Of a stretch of DNA of 64,000 bases, positions 50,977 through 60,835 are shown piece by piece. Within the stretch, counting starts at the first letter, position 1; every line of letters starts with the position of its first letter. The translations under genes were made by a program, and so were the position numbers. A model generated the notes under the pieces. The model saw only the letters and a program-made list of their open reading frames with translations, was not told where the DNA came from and did not search any database. Location of the stretch: the NCBI GenBank assembly GCA_963767925.1, contig CAVYGB010000009.1, forward strand, positions 128,001 through 192,000. The letters are read 5' to 3'. The stretch is from an uncultured delta proteobacterium. GTDB taxonomy: Bacteria > Myxococcota_A > Polyangia > Fen-1088.

Positions 50977-51669
50977 GTGTCGCAAGACCCCAGTCCCGGC
51001 CCCCCGGCCTCCGCCAGCGATGGTCTGACGCCGGGGGCGGTCGCCGGCGTCGCTGCGGTTCCAGCAGTCATTGCGCTGGCCATCCGGGCCTTCGGATTCG
51101 AGCTCCATTTGGCGGTGGTGCTCGCGGGTGCATTCGGCTGGGTCATCGCCCTGGTGCTGCGCCCTGTGGTGGCGGCGCTCGCGAAGCGCATGGGCGTGAG
51201 AGGTCGGGCCTTGCAAGTGGTCGTGGTGGGCTCGTCGGGGCCGCTCGAAGAGGGCGTGCGCCTGCTGGTCCTGATGTCCTGTGCGCGATCGCCCGAAACC
51301 GCCCTTTCGGTCGGATTCGGGTGGGCGACCGTCGAGGTGGCTTTCACCCTGGTCGGCTCGATCATCACCCGGCTGGTGCGCAATCGGGCGGGCATTCCAG
51401 CGGAGAACGCGCAACCGACCAACGCACCTCGGCCGTCACCGGCCTGGGGCGTGCTCGAGCGACTCTGGGCGAGCGGCCTGCACCTGGGCTTCAGTCTCGC
51501 GATCGCGGCCTACGGCCTGCTCGTGGTCCCGGCCGCGGCGGCACACTCCGCGACCAACCTGCTGGTCTGGCGCGCGCTCTCCCGAGGCCAGGGGATAGCC
51601 CGCCTGGAAGTCGTCGGCACCGTCTGGAGCGTGCTCGTTCTCCTGGTGGCGAGCGCCCTCTGGTGGTGA
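50977..51669 (+). CDS. YhfC/PrsW-like intramembrane glutamic metalloprotease
   Basis: GPLEEGVR (EExxR), GFGWATVE, ER.....HL, HSATN; multiple TM helices. Confidence 0.75.
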   Translation: MSQDPSPGPPASASDGLTPGAVAGVAAVPAVIALAIRAFGFELHLAVVLAGAFGWVIALVLRPVVAALAKRMGVRGRALQVVVVGSSGPLEEGVRLLVLMSCARSPETALSVGFGWATVEVAFTLVGSIITRLVRNRAGIPAENAQPTNAPRPSPAWGVLERLWASGLHLGFSLAIAAYGLLVVPAAAAHSATNLLVWRALSRGQGIARLEVVGTVWSVLVLLVASALWW

Positions 51670-51709
51670 GCATCCCGTGGAAAAACAACTCCCGATCTCT
51701 GGAGAGCCC

Positions 51710-53161
51710 ATGACTGATCTTGATCGTCGTCTTGCCCCCGGAAAACCCGTCGGCGCGCCATCGGTGGCTAGCTGGGTGCTGGCTTGTTGCCTTGCCGCTG
51801 CCTGTGCATCGCGGCCGGCGATCACGCCCGCGCCGATGGCGCCCGCTTCGCCGACGTCGGCGGTGTCCCCTTCGCCGGTCTCACCTCCTCCGGACGTGGG
51901 CGCGGCGGCCCGGTCGACGACCCCCGAACAGGTCGGCGAGCTGGTCTGGTCGGCCTTCCGGGCGGGAGACCTGGCGGCGGTTCGTTCCCGCTTCGATGCC
52001 CGGATGGCGGCTGCCCTTTCGCAGGAAAAGCTGACCCAGGTGTGGAGCGGAATGACGACGATGGTCGGCCGGCTCGAGAGCTGGACTCTCTCCGAGAACC
52101 GCCCGGAGGGCGAGGTCACGCTCCTCGTCTACACGTTGTCGCTGACCGGGGGTCATGTGCAGGGCCGCCTGGCGCTCGATCGTGAGCTGGCCATCGCGGG
52201 GCTTTTCTTCACGCCCCTTCCTCCCCCCGCAGTGAAGTCGGGCGCCGACGGACAGACGCCCGCTGCCCCACCGGGCGTTCGCTCCGAAGCGGTCCGCGTG
52301 GGCCAAGCGCCATGGGAGCTCGCGGGCGTGCTCACCGCGCCAGCCTCGCCAGGCAAACACCCCGCTGTGGTCCTGGTGGGCGGTTCAGGGCCTCTGGACC
52401 AGGACGCCACCGTGGGGCCCAACAAGCCCTTGCGCGATCTGGCGGAGGGCCTGGCCGTTCGCGGCATCGCGACGCTCCGTCATGAAAAGCGCACGTTCGC
52501 CCACCGGGACCGCCTCAGCAACGACATCACCGTCGAGCAGGAGGTGATCGCCGATGCGGTCCTGGCGCTCGCCCTGCTTCGTGCACGCCCCGAGGTCGAT
52601 CCCGACGCCGTCTTCGTCGTGGGCCACAGCCTGGGTGCCCAGCTGGCTCCAGTCATTGCCGAGCGAGACGGGAGCGTGGCGGGGCTGGTCCTGCTGGCGC
52701 CGCCCGCCCGGCGCATGGCGGACGCCATTGTGGATCAACTGCGATACCTCGGTCAGGCCCCCGAGCAGGACCTGGCGGCGCTCGCCAGCAAGGCAAAGGC
52801 CATCTACGACGGCGTGGCGCCCCCCGGGGAGACGTTCCTGGGTGCGCCGGCCGCCTACTTCGTGGATCTCGAGCGGCGTGACGCCATGGGGGTTGCGCGC
52901 AAGCTGGGCAAGCCGATGCTCGTGCTGCGCGGAGCACGCGACTACCAGGTCGTCGAAAGTGACTTTCGCGCGTGGCGGGCGCTGGTCCAGAAGGTGCCGG
53001 GCTCGACGGCGGCGACCCTGCCGGGGCTGAACCATCTCTTCATTGCGGGGAAGGGAAAGCCTGGCTCGGCAGAGTATGCCACGCCCGGTAAGGTGGCCGA
53101 CTCGGCGCTCGACCGGATCTCATCGTTCGTGAAACGGCACAAGCGCATGGCGCACCGCTAA
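51710..53161 (+). CDS. lipoprotein alpha/beta hydrolase with DUF3887-like N-terminal domain
   Basis: LAAAC lipobox; GSGPLDQD, GHSLG, GARDYQV, LNHLF. Confidence 0.85.
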   Translation: MTDLDRRLAPGKPVGAPSVASWVLACCLAAACASRPAITPAPMAPASPTSAVSPSPVSPPPDVGAAARSTTPEQVGELVWSAFRAGDLAAVRSRFDARMAAALSQEKLTQVWSGMTTMVGRLESWTLSENRPEGEVTLLVYTLSLTGGHVQGRLALDRELAIAGLFFTPLPPPAVKSGADGQTPAAPPGVRSEAVRVGQAPWELAGVLTAPASPGKHPAVVLVGGSGPLDQDATVGPNKPLRDLAEGLAVRGIATLRHEKRTFAHRDRLSNDITVEQEVIADAVLALALLRARPEVDPDAVFVVGHSLGAQLAPVIAERDGSVAGLVLLAPPARRMADAIVDQLRYLGQAPEQDLAALASKAKAIYDGVAPPGETFLGAPAAYFVDLERRDAMGVARKLGKPMLVLRGARDYQVVESDFRAWRALVQKVPGSTAATLPGLNHLFIAGKGKPGSAEYATPGKVADSALDRISSFVKRHKRMAHR

Positions 53162-53612
53162 CGTCGACGATTCGTCACCGGGCGCCGGAGCAGTCGAAAG
53201 GCCCGGACTGGCCCGGGTTGTCACAGGCTGACCGGAAACGAGGGCGATCAGGTGCCGTGCGGCCGCCCCTCAAATGGGCTTCTCGCTGGCGCCGGGGCGC
53301 ACGGGTCGTGGAAACTTTTTGGCGTACCACCCCGAAGGATGGGGCATGGGAAACCCGCCCGCTTGGTCACCCGGCCGCTCCTCGACATCAGGGGCCTGAA
53401 CGGTGGACGCGCCAAACTTCGCCCTGAGAGAGTTGTCCTGAGGCGCCGGATCGCCGAACTGCTGGCCACGGTGGGTGCGCCGAGCGCGAGGTGAAGGCCG
53501 GCGGCGCTGTTCGTGGGGCCTAAGCCTGGCCTAAGCCCGCCGAAATCCAACTCCAATGGACCGGCGGTTTCCGCGTTGCCCAGGTGCCCCCGCAGCCAAC
53601 GGCTGGATCCGA

Positions 53613-53984
53613 TCACCTTCCGATCGGCAGACGTCGAACGCGGATGCGAGCCTGATCGAATACCACGATCGCTCCTGCTTGCAGGTCGGCGTCGACAGCC
53701 GAGAGATTCGCCAGCAGGAGCTGGAGCTGACGATCGGGTCGGCGTTCCGTGCCGTGGCGAAAGAGAATCACGGAGGGCAGGGCGATGTCGAGCGTTGCGA
53801 GGAGTGTCCCAAAATCGGTATCCGCGGAGATCACGACGCGTTTTTCGACGGCCGCACGAGTGAGGATCTCCCGGTCGGACGAGGTCTGCATGCCATAGTC
53901 GCGAACATGAACTGCGTCGTGCCCGGCATTGCGCAGGCCCTCGGCGACCGTTGGGGAGAGCGCGTTGTCGACCAGGAATCTCAA
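53613..53984 (-). CDS. DUF5615 PIN-like toxin
   Basis: [30 protein letters not shown]. Confidence 0.9.
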   Translation of the reverse strand: MRFLVDNALSPTVAEGLRNAGHDAVHVRDYGMQTSSDREILTRAAVEKRVVISADTDFGTLLATLDIALPSVILFRHGTERRPDRQLQLLLANLSAVDADLQAGAIVVFDQARIRVRRLPIGR

Positions 53985-54211
53985 GCCACGGTCTTGAGAG
54001 GAAGCTCGCGCTCCCGCACGGCTTCAGCCGCGTACCGCAGAGCTTCGCCGATGTCGGCGCGCTCCAGGTCTGGGTAGGCGGCGAGGATCTCGTCATGAGT
54101 CATGCCGTCAGCGACCATGGCTACAACCGTCGCCACAGGTATGCGTAGACCGCGGATGCAGGGTTGCCCCCCCATCTGGTCCGGCTGGAGAGTGATCCGT
54201 TCGTACCTCAT
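53981..54211 (-). CDS. DUF433 antitoxin
   Basis: [19 protein letters not shown]...EIL.AYPDLE..DI.EAL.YAA; stop overlaps the toxin ATG. Confidence 0.92.
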   Translation of the reverse strand: MRYERITLQPDQMGGQPCIRGLRIPVATVVAMVADGMTHDEILAAYPDLERADIGEALRYAAEAVRERELPLKTVA

Positions 54212-54384
54212 GACAAGATCCCTATTGTGCCACAGGTCAGCGGTGACCGTCCTGGCGCGCCGCCCAACGATCGGCGATCTTGCCGGTGCATCGGTGTCGA
54301 GCCCGGTTTCGGCTGCCTGGGCGGTGGCACGACCGTGCTGCCTCATGCCGCACGCCGCGCGACGAGAATCACCGGGATTTCCAG

Positions 54385-54417
54385 GGTGTACCTTTGCGGA
54401 TGACCCGGTGGGGTCAC
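54385..54417. other. attR of the serine-recombinase island
   Basis: GGTGTACCTTTGCG-GA-TGACCCGGTGGGGTCAC. Confidence 0.88.
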
Positions 54418-55272
54418 ACGCAAATGTGGACGGCGAGATCTTCGCCGTGCCGGAGATTGCCCACACGCGTCGGCCGCCGGCCTCGGCGGGGGCGAAGCAG
54501 AGGGCGCCGGGCCCGAACAGAGCCTGGAACACCTCCCGCATGCCGGACGGGTCGCCGGCGAGGGCCTGCCTGAGGTCGGCCAGCTTGCTCCGTGCCGAGG
54601 CCTCCACCCGGGCCAGCAGCTCGCCGCGGACATGCGGGGCGCGCTTGGCGGCCGCCAGGTCTCGGTCGATCTGGGCGAGGCGCTCCCCGCGCCTTTTCAG
54701 CTCGACGATCAGCTCCTGAACGTCCGGCACCGCCGCCACTGCCGCGCGTACTTCTTCTGCTCCCCACGCAGGCGTTCGCGTTCGGCTTCGAGGGCGACGA
54801 CGTCCGACGGTTCCGCGGCCGCCCGCTCGACCTCCACCCGGATCTCGCGGAGTACCTGGCCGACCACGGCCTCGGTGAGGATGGTCGAACGGATGTAGTC
54901 GACGAGCGCGCCCTCGATCTCGGCGACAGGCTGGCAGAGGGTCACGGGGCAGACCGCCGAACCGCGGCGATGGTGAAAGCCACAGCCGTAGCCCTTGATG
55001 TGGCCTCGGCTGTCTCTCGTGTTCCGGACAACCATGCGACCGCCGCAATGGGCACAGGTGCCGATGCCGGCCAGGGGATGCTTCGAGGCCCGGCCGGCGG
55101 CGTAGTATGCGGCGCCCGGCTCGCTTCCTGCCCGCGGGCGTCCCGCTGGCGCTCGTTCCGGTATCCGAAACAGCGACCGCCGGCGACATGCCCCGCCCTC
55201 ACGCGCGCGCGGATGCCTTCGCGGGTCCGGGAACGAATCGCCTCCAGCTCCAACTGGGCGCCGACCCCCTGG
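54418..55272 (-). pseudogene. decayed paralogous large serine recombinase (older tandem element)
   Basis: QGVGAQLELEAIRSRTRE...GGRCFGYRN, internal deletion, CPVTLCQPV.E.EGALV.Y, VWAISGTA; colinear with 45713-47408 but lacking the catalytic N-terminus. Confidence 0.85.
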
Positions 55273-55655
55273 TCGACCTCCGGCATACCGGCCTGAGCTG
55301 GATGATCCGAAAGAAGGGCATCACGAAGGCCGCGCTCGACTTCGCCGGTCACAGCGCGCCGGCGATGATGGCGAAGATCTATGGGCACGCGTTGCCCCTC
55401 CAGCTCAGCGAGGTCGTGGATGACTTGGAGTCGATCGAGAACGAGCCCGAGGCGCCGGTAGATCTGAACCGAGCGTTACCTGTCGAGGGGCCTGGCCCAG
55501 CGCTCTCGTACCCCGATGCGGAGCCCGGCTTTCCGACGGCGACACCGGTCGCGGAGGATGCCTCGGGCCGCGGCTCCCGCGCTGGCGGTGAGAGCCAGGT
55601 GGCGCCCCGGGCGGCGCGAGGGGCGCCGGCCCCTCCGGTGCGCTCTTGTCGGTGA
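55272..55655 (+). pseudogene. C-terminal fragment of a tyrosine recombinase
   Basis: DLRHT..SW.........AGHS...M..KIYGH (LRH / GH / catalytic Y). Confidence 0.7.
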
Positions 55656-55661
55656 GGCGCT

Positions 55662-56195
55662 GGCGAGACTGGAGGGCGACCCGCGCGCCGCCGCCAGCCC
55701 CCGCGGATTTTCCGTCTGGCGGGTGGCGCTCGAAAGACGCCGGCGAGGGCAGGGCGGCAGGCCGACTTGAAAGGGCCGGGCCCGGGCGAGGCACTCCCGC
55801 TCGCATCGGCCAGGTGGCGCCCGGCCGGCGCGTTCCCCGGGGGGGGCTCCGTCGGGGACGGCGGTGGCGAGCTGGAGGCCCGGGAGACCCGCGTGCGCCC
55901 CGCCAGCACCCCGGGATTTTCCCCGCTGGCGGCGGCCCTTGAAAAACGCCCCGGCGAGGGCAGGGGCAGGCCCCACTTGAAAGACCGGGCCCGGGCGAGG
56001 CCCGCTCGCATCGGCCAGGGTGGCGCCCGGGCGGCCCGCGCGGGGGTGCGCCTGCGCCGCGGAGCCCTTCTCCGTCGGGGACGGCGGTGCCGAGCTGGAG
56101 GCCGGAAGAGACCCCGCGCGCGCCCGGGGATTTTCCCGCTGGCGGTGGCCGCTTGAAAAACGCCGGGGCAGGTCCAGCGGTGGCGCTTGAAAAAA
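55662..56195. repeat. ~2.5 imperfect direct repeats of ~205-225 bp
   Basis: recurring blocks CGAGCTGGAGG, GGATTTTCCC, CTTGAAA, CCCGCTCGCATCGGCCAGG, CTCCGTCGGGGACGGCGGT. Confidence 0.75.
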
Positions 56196-56508
56196 ATTGA
56201 GAGTGTGAGGGGAGATCAAAGAGCATCGGGTATCCACGCCAGGTCTTCTCAAGGAGCCGCGTGAGGAGGTCATCCAGGGTCTTGGGGTACTTAGGCGAGA
56301 GCAGGCGATCGAATTTACGGGCCCGAGCTAGAAGGTCCGGGGGGACGTCGAAACCAGCCACGATGGCGAGAAACTCTTCCAGCCGAGTGGGATCACGAAG
56401 GTCGATGATCCTCTCGACGGTGCCGCTGACCGAGAGATAGGTTACCGATTCTCTCTCTGTTAGGGCGATTTCCTCTCTGCTCAGGCCGGTTGGCTCTTCG
56501 AGCTTGTA
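56190..56508 (-). pseudogene. internal fragment of a probable RES-domain protein
   Basis: lower-GC frame GLSREEIALT..SV..SVSG.VE.IIDL...WRGYPMLFDLPSHSQFF; family assignment from recalled similarity only. Confidence 0.45.
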
Positions 56509-56509
56509 C

Positions 56510-57165
56510 CCGTAGGAGGCAAACCGCCACAGGAGTCCGAGACCTCGATCAGAAGGCGCCCCTCGTGTCGCCGCCCGGAGACCCTGACGCGTCCCTCGAG
56601 AGGGGTAAACTTGATTGCGTTCAAAAGCAGGTTCGTGACCGCTGAGCGCAGCAGCCGAGGGTCGGCCTCGAGAACCAGATCCTCAGGAACAGAGAGCTGA
56701 ATCTCGATGTCTTTGATCTGGGCCTCGCCGGCCGAGTCCAGTCGGATCTCTTCCAGGAAGTCCCGTACACGGAGCGCTTCGGGTCGGACCGTAACCCCCA
56801 GCTTCAGCGAAGCGTGGGTCAACGTGGTATCAATCATGTCGGCGGTGCGTTTGAGATTCCTTTCGAGGAGATCGACTGCCCGCCCGCCCTGGGAGAGCTC
56901 CTGCAATCGCAAGCGGTGCAGGGCCAACCGCGCGGCCGATATAGGGTCGCGTAGCTCATGCGCAATGAACCCGAGGTGCTCGGACGCCTGACGCTGGATC
57001 TCCAGGTTCCTTTCGAGGGCATACTGGGAGACTGTCTGGGCGATCCCGGTTGGTGCGCGACTGCGGGTGCTCGATGGTGCCGACGACCACGTCGCTCAGC
57101 GAAGGATGCCCGGTGTTGCCGGGACCCGGACCATCCGGGGCTCGGGACGGTCGATCGGTGTTCAC
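56510..57165 (-). pseudogene. sensor histidine kinase remnant
   Basis: LGFIAHELRDP H-box, NLLLNAIKFT N-box, DSCGGLP, then truncated before the G2 box. Confidence 0.7.
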
Positions 57166-57200
57166 GTCGGATCATCGAACGGTGCGCGGGCAGAATTGCT

Positions 57201-57239
57201 CCCTCCCCCGGCGCGATGGCCGCGCCGGGGTGGGGAGGG
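57201..57239. terminator. GC-rich hairpin downstream of the beta-propeller gene
   Basis: CCCCGGCGCG...CGCGCCGGGG inverted repeat with CCCTCC/GGAGGG outer extension. Confidence 0.45.
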
Positions 57240-57267
57240 GACACGATGCCCAGGAGGTTCCGGGCGG

Positions 57268-60200
57268 CTACATCTGGATGGGGAGCTCGTTGCCGGCGTT
57301 GGCGGGCAGGTGCGAGAGGCCGAAGTGGCCGGAGGCCACGTAGATGTCCTGGTCGAACACCTCGATGTGGGTGGCGAAGCCGAGGGTGCGCAGGAAGCGC
57401 AGGCCCCTGGGCGCCTGGGGGTTGGACACGTCCACCACCAGGATGCCGTCGCCCCCGCCCGAGCCGCCGTAATACCCGCCGTTGCCGGCGAGGTTGATGA
57501 ACAGCTTGCCCTTGTCGGTCCCCATGAGCTGGATGTTGTACATCCGGGTGGCCTGGTCGTAGGCGGGGGTCAGCCGGGCGCTCGACAGGTCGAAGATCAT
57601 CAACCGGTCCGAGGTGGTCTCCCAGGTCGGCTCGGCGGCGAGCGCCTGGGGGCGCGGTCCCACCGGCGCCGTCGGGAGGGGCGGCGGGGTGGCCACGCCG
57701 ACACCGGGGAAGCCCCAGTAGTAGTTCTTCTGGGGCCGCCCGTTGATGAACAGGCGGTCGCCGTCGACGAGGAGGGCGGCGGGGTAGAGGTCGGTGAGCA
57801 CCCGGGCGTCGCGCAGCTCGGCCGCCGGCTGGCCCCCCACCGTCGCCTCGCGCAGCAGCGACAGGCGGTAGTCGCTGACCCAGCGCTTGTTCTGGTCCTC
57901 GGTGAGGATGCGGTAGTTGCTGTCCTGGGCGAGGAACATCCGCTCGCCGGCCCCGCTGCGCCAGGTGCGGATCAGCCGCCCCGGCGTGTTGATGTCATGG
58001 ACGGCGGCCCAGCCGGCGCCCTCGGGCTCCCAGCGCTGGGCGAAGTACTTGTAGCGGGTGTAGGTGACCCCGTCGGGCGTGCGGGTCTCGCCGATGCGCT
58101 TGCGGGTGCTGACGTAGAAGCCGGCCGGCTCGGCCGGGTCGGCCACCACGCCGAACGAGCCCCACTCGTACCCGTCGGGCAGCTTCTCCTCGCTGGCGGC
58201 GGGGGCGTCGGGGTCGCGCACGTCGAGGAACAGCAGCTTGCTGGTCATGCTCGACTGGCCGTTTTCGTAGCGCCACTCCGAGACGTAGAAGGCGAACCCG
58301 CGTTCGGTCATGGCGAAGTTGGCGACGTTGTCGAACCAGAAGCCGCCCCAGTAGGCCCCCATCCCGCACCAGTAGGGATAGTAGGGCACCGCCAGGGTGG
58401 GCAGCTCGACCTTGCCCGCCATCCGCGGGCTGGCCGGATCCCGCAGGTCGACGACAAGCGCCTCGCTGGTGGGGGGCACGTAGACGCCCGTGCGGGGGTC
58501 GATGCTCTGCTTCTGGCGGAACAGCACCAGGCTCCGGTCGTGCTTGAGCACCCGGTAGACCTGGCCCGCCTCGAAGGTGGCCAGGACAGGCGCGTTCTCC
58601 AGGTCACCCCCGGCGAGCTTGACCCGGAAGCTGGCCAGCTCCTGCCCGGGACCCCGGCCGGCGTTGGGCTTGCCCTGCACCTGCTCGACCAGGTGATCGC
58701 CGAAGCGGTAGATCTGGTTGTAGTAGGGGGCGAGCTCGATCTCCGACTCCAGGGTGGGGTTCTGCAGGTCCTGGATGTTGGCGATCGAGATGTGGGTGTC
58801 CGACAGGTTGACCATCATGCGGGCGGGGGCCGCCCCCTGGTGGGTGAAGACCACCGAGCGCTTCACCTCGCCGTGGGGGTGCACGAAGGTGCCGTAGTTG
58901 GCGATGACGTTCTGCTGGGTGGCGGGGCGGTTGGCGACGTAGCGGGTGAGGTCCCAGGTCATCAGCCCCACCGCGGTCTGCCACTGGTACCACCACCAGT
59001 CGCCGGCCGAGTCCATCCGCTTTGTGTAGTGGATGGGGACGGTGATGACGTTGAGCGAGCCGTCGGCGTGCATGCCGAGCATCTTGTGGGCCTGGTCGAG
59101 GTTGCTTGTCACGCCCGAGCCGATCCACTCGGCGTTCTTGACCGCCACGCACTGCCGCTGCACCAGCTTGATGGCGGCCAGGTCCTGCACGTCGATCAGG
59201 CTGACCGCGATCTTGGTGGGGCTCAGCCCCTCGTTGCCCTGCAAGCCGGCGCAGGTGGTGCTGTTGTCCTGCCCCACCGCCAGCAGGAACTTCTTGTCCC
59301 CCACCAGGCGGAACACGCTCATCTCGCCCGAGAGGCCGTCGATCTCCGAGGCCACCCGCAGGTTCCGGGGATTGGCGAAGCTGATGGCGTAGAGCGGGTC
59401 GATGCGCTGGGCGGTGATGGCGTAGACCACCTTGCGGTCGGCGTCGTAGGCGCTGGCCCGCACCACCTCGTTGCGCTTGCCGAAGTCGAGGCTGTCGAGC
59501 TTCTCGGGCTGGCCCCGCAGGCTGACGTCCCAGGACTCGAGCGTGTTGGCGGTGTAAGAGCTGCCCCTGGCAGCCGGACGACTCCCAGACCTGGCGGGCG
59601 AAGATGCCGTAGAAGGTGCCGGTGTTGCTGACCGGGTCATCGACGTAGGTCATCTTGAACTGGTCGTCGAGGTTGCCCCCGGTCTCGAAGCGAGCGTGGA
59701 GCTGGATGTCGCCGTTGGGGTTGCTGATGTCGATCAGCGAGACCCGGGCGAACTGGTTGTTGTTGTAGCTGCCGCAGCCGCCGAAGCCACCGGGCTGGGA
59801 CGGGCCGCGGGAGGAGGCCCAGACGTTCCAGTTCTCCACCACCATGAGGGCGTTGGCGGTGGCGGAGATGGCCACGCTCTCGAAGCGGCGCTCGTAGCTG
59901 TTGCCCTGCATGTCGCTGATGCTGAGGCTGCCGCCCTCGAAGACCTTCAGCTCGCCCACCTGGCGCGGGTTCTGGGCGTCGGCGACGTTGAAGGAGTAGA
60001 CGGTGGCCTGCTCCTTCTGCTGCTGGCCGGGCTCGGGCCGCCAGCCCCAGTAATACGACTGCGAGACGTAGGAGACGACGTAGATGGTGTTCTCCACCTT
60101 GCGCGAGACGCCCTCGCGCAGCTCACCCACGATGTCGATGGTCCTGAGCAGCTTGGGGTTGCGCAGGTCGGAGACGTCGATGGTCACGAGCTGCGAGACG

Positions 60201-60835
60201 TTGTGCCGCTCGAACTGCAGGTTGCCGCCCACCTGGCTCAGGTAGAGGGAGTCGCGCAGCAGGGCGTAGACGGTGTTGCCCGAGACGAACATCTCGACCG
60301 GGTAGCCGAACACGGGCAGCCGCCCCAGCCGCTGCGGCTTCTTGGGGTCGGTGAGGTCGTAGGTGACGAAGCCGCGGTAGGTGTTCAGGTAAAACAGGCG
60401 GTTCTGGTCGACCTTGTAGATGTCGCCCTCTTGCACCTCGCCGGTGCGGCCGCTGGGGGGCATGCCCGCCGCGGGGTTGCCGCCGGGGGCCTGGCCCGCC
60501 GGTGGGGGCGCGGCGGGGGCGGGGGCCGGGGCCGACGTCGGGGGCGGGGCGCTGCCGGGGGCGCCGGTCTCGGGACGGCCGGCGCCGCCGGGGCCCTCTT
60601 CGGTCGTGAAGTCGGTCTGCCCGGGCCTGGGCAGCGGCATGGTGCTGCCCGGGTTGGGCGCGCCGGGGTTGGGCGTGGGGTCGGGTCTGCCGGGACCCGT
60701 CACACCGGGACCGGGGCCGCCGGGCCCGATCGGAGCGGGGTCCCCCGCGCGCGGGCCGGCGCCGTCATCGTCGCACGCGGCCACGAGCAGCGCGGAAGCC
60801 AGTAGAAACAGTATGCGGTCCGGCGACTTGACCAT
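57268..60835 (-). CDS. large lipoprotein with secreted beta-propeller domain, frameshift near 59560
   Basis: LLVAAC lipobox; Pro-rich linker; VQEGDIYK, IDPLYAI, VSLIDV repeats; two ORFs join as GCQG/SSYTANTLESW. Confidence 0.82.

Larger units (their letters stand above)
45742..54409. mobile_element. ~8.67 kb integrative island in tRNA-Glu carrying a large serine recombinase
   Basis: 14-bp direct repeat at both ends, integrase at the tRNA end, toxin-antitoxin pair at the far end, visibly lower GC cargo. Confidence 0.88.

Noticed and set aside
53981..55189. 402-aa recombinase-DUF433 fusion as a real gene
   Set aside because: It crosses attR from a decayed pseudogene, and DUF433 has its own ATG at 54211. 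Kept only as the alternative frame in the att finding.
57041..57056. Distal att of the older island (GATCCCGGTTGGTG)
   Set aside because: Only a short partial match to the core, with no arm complementary to CGCAAATGTGGA.
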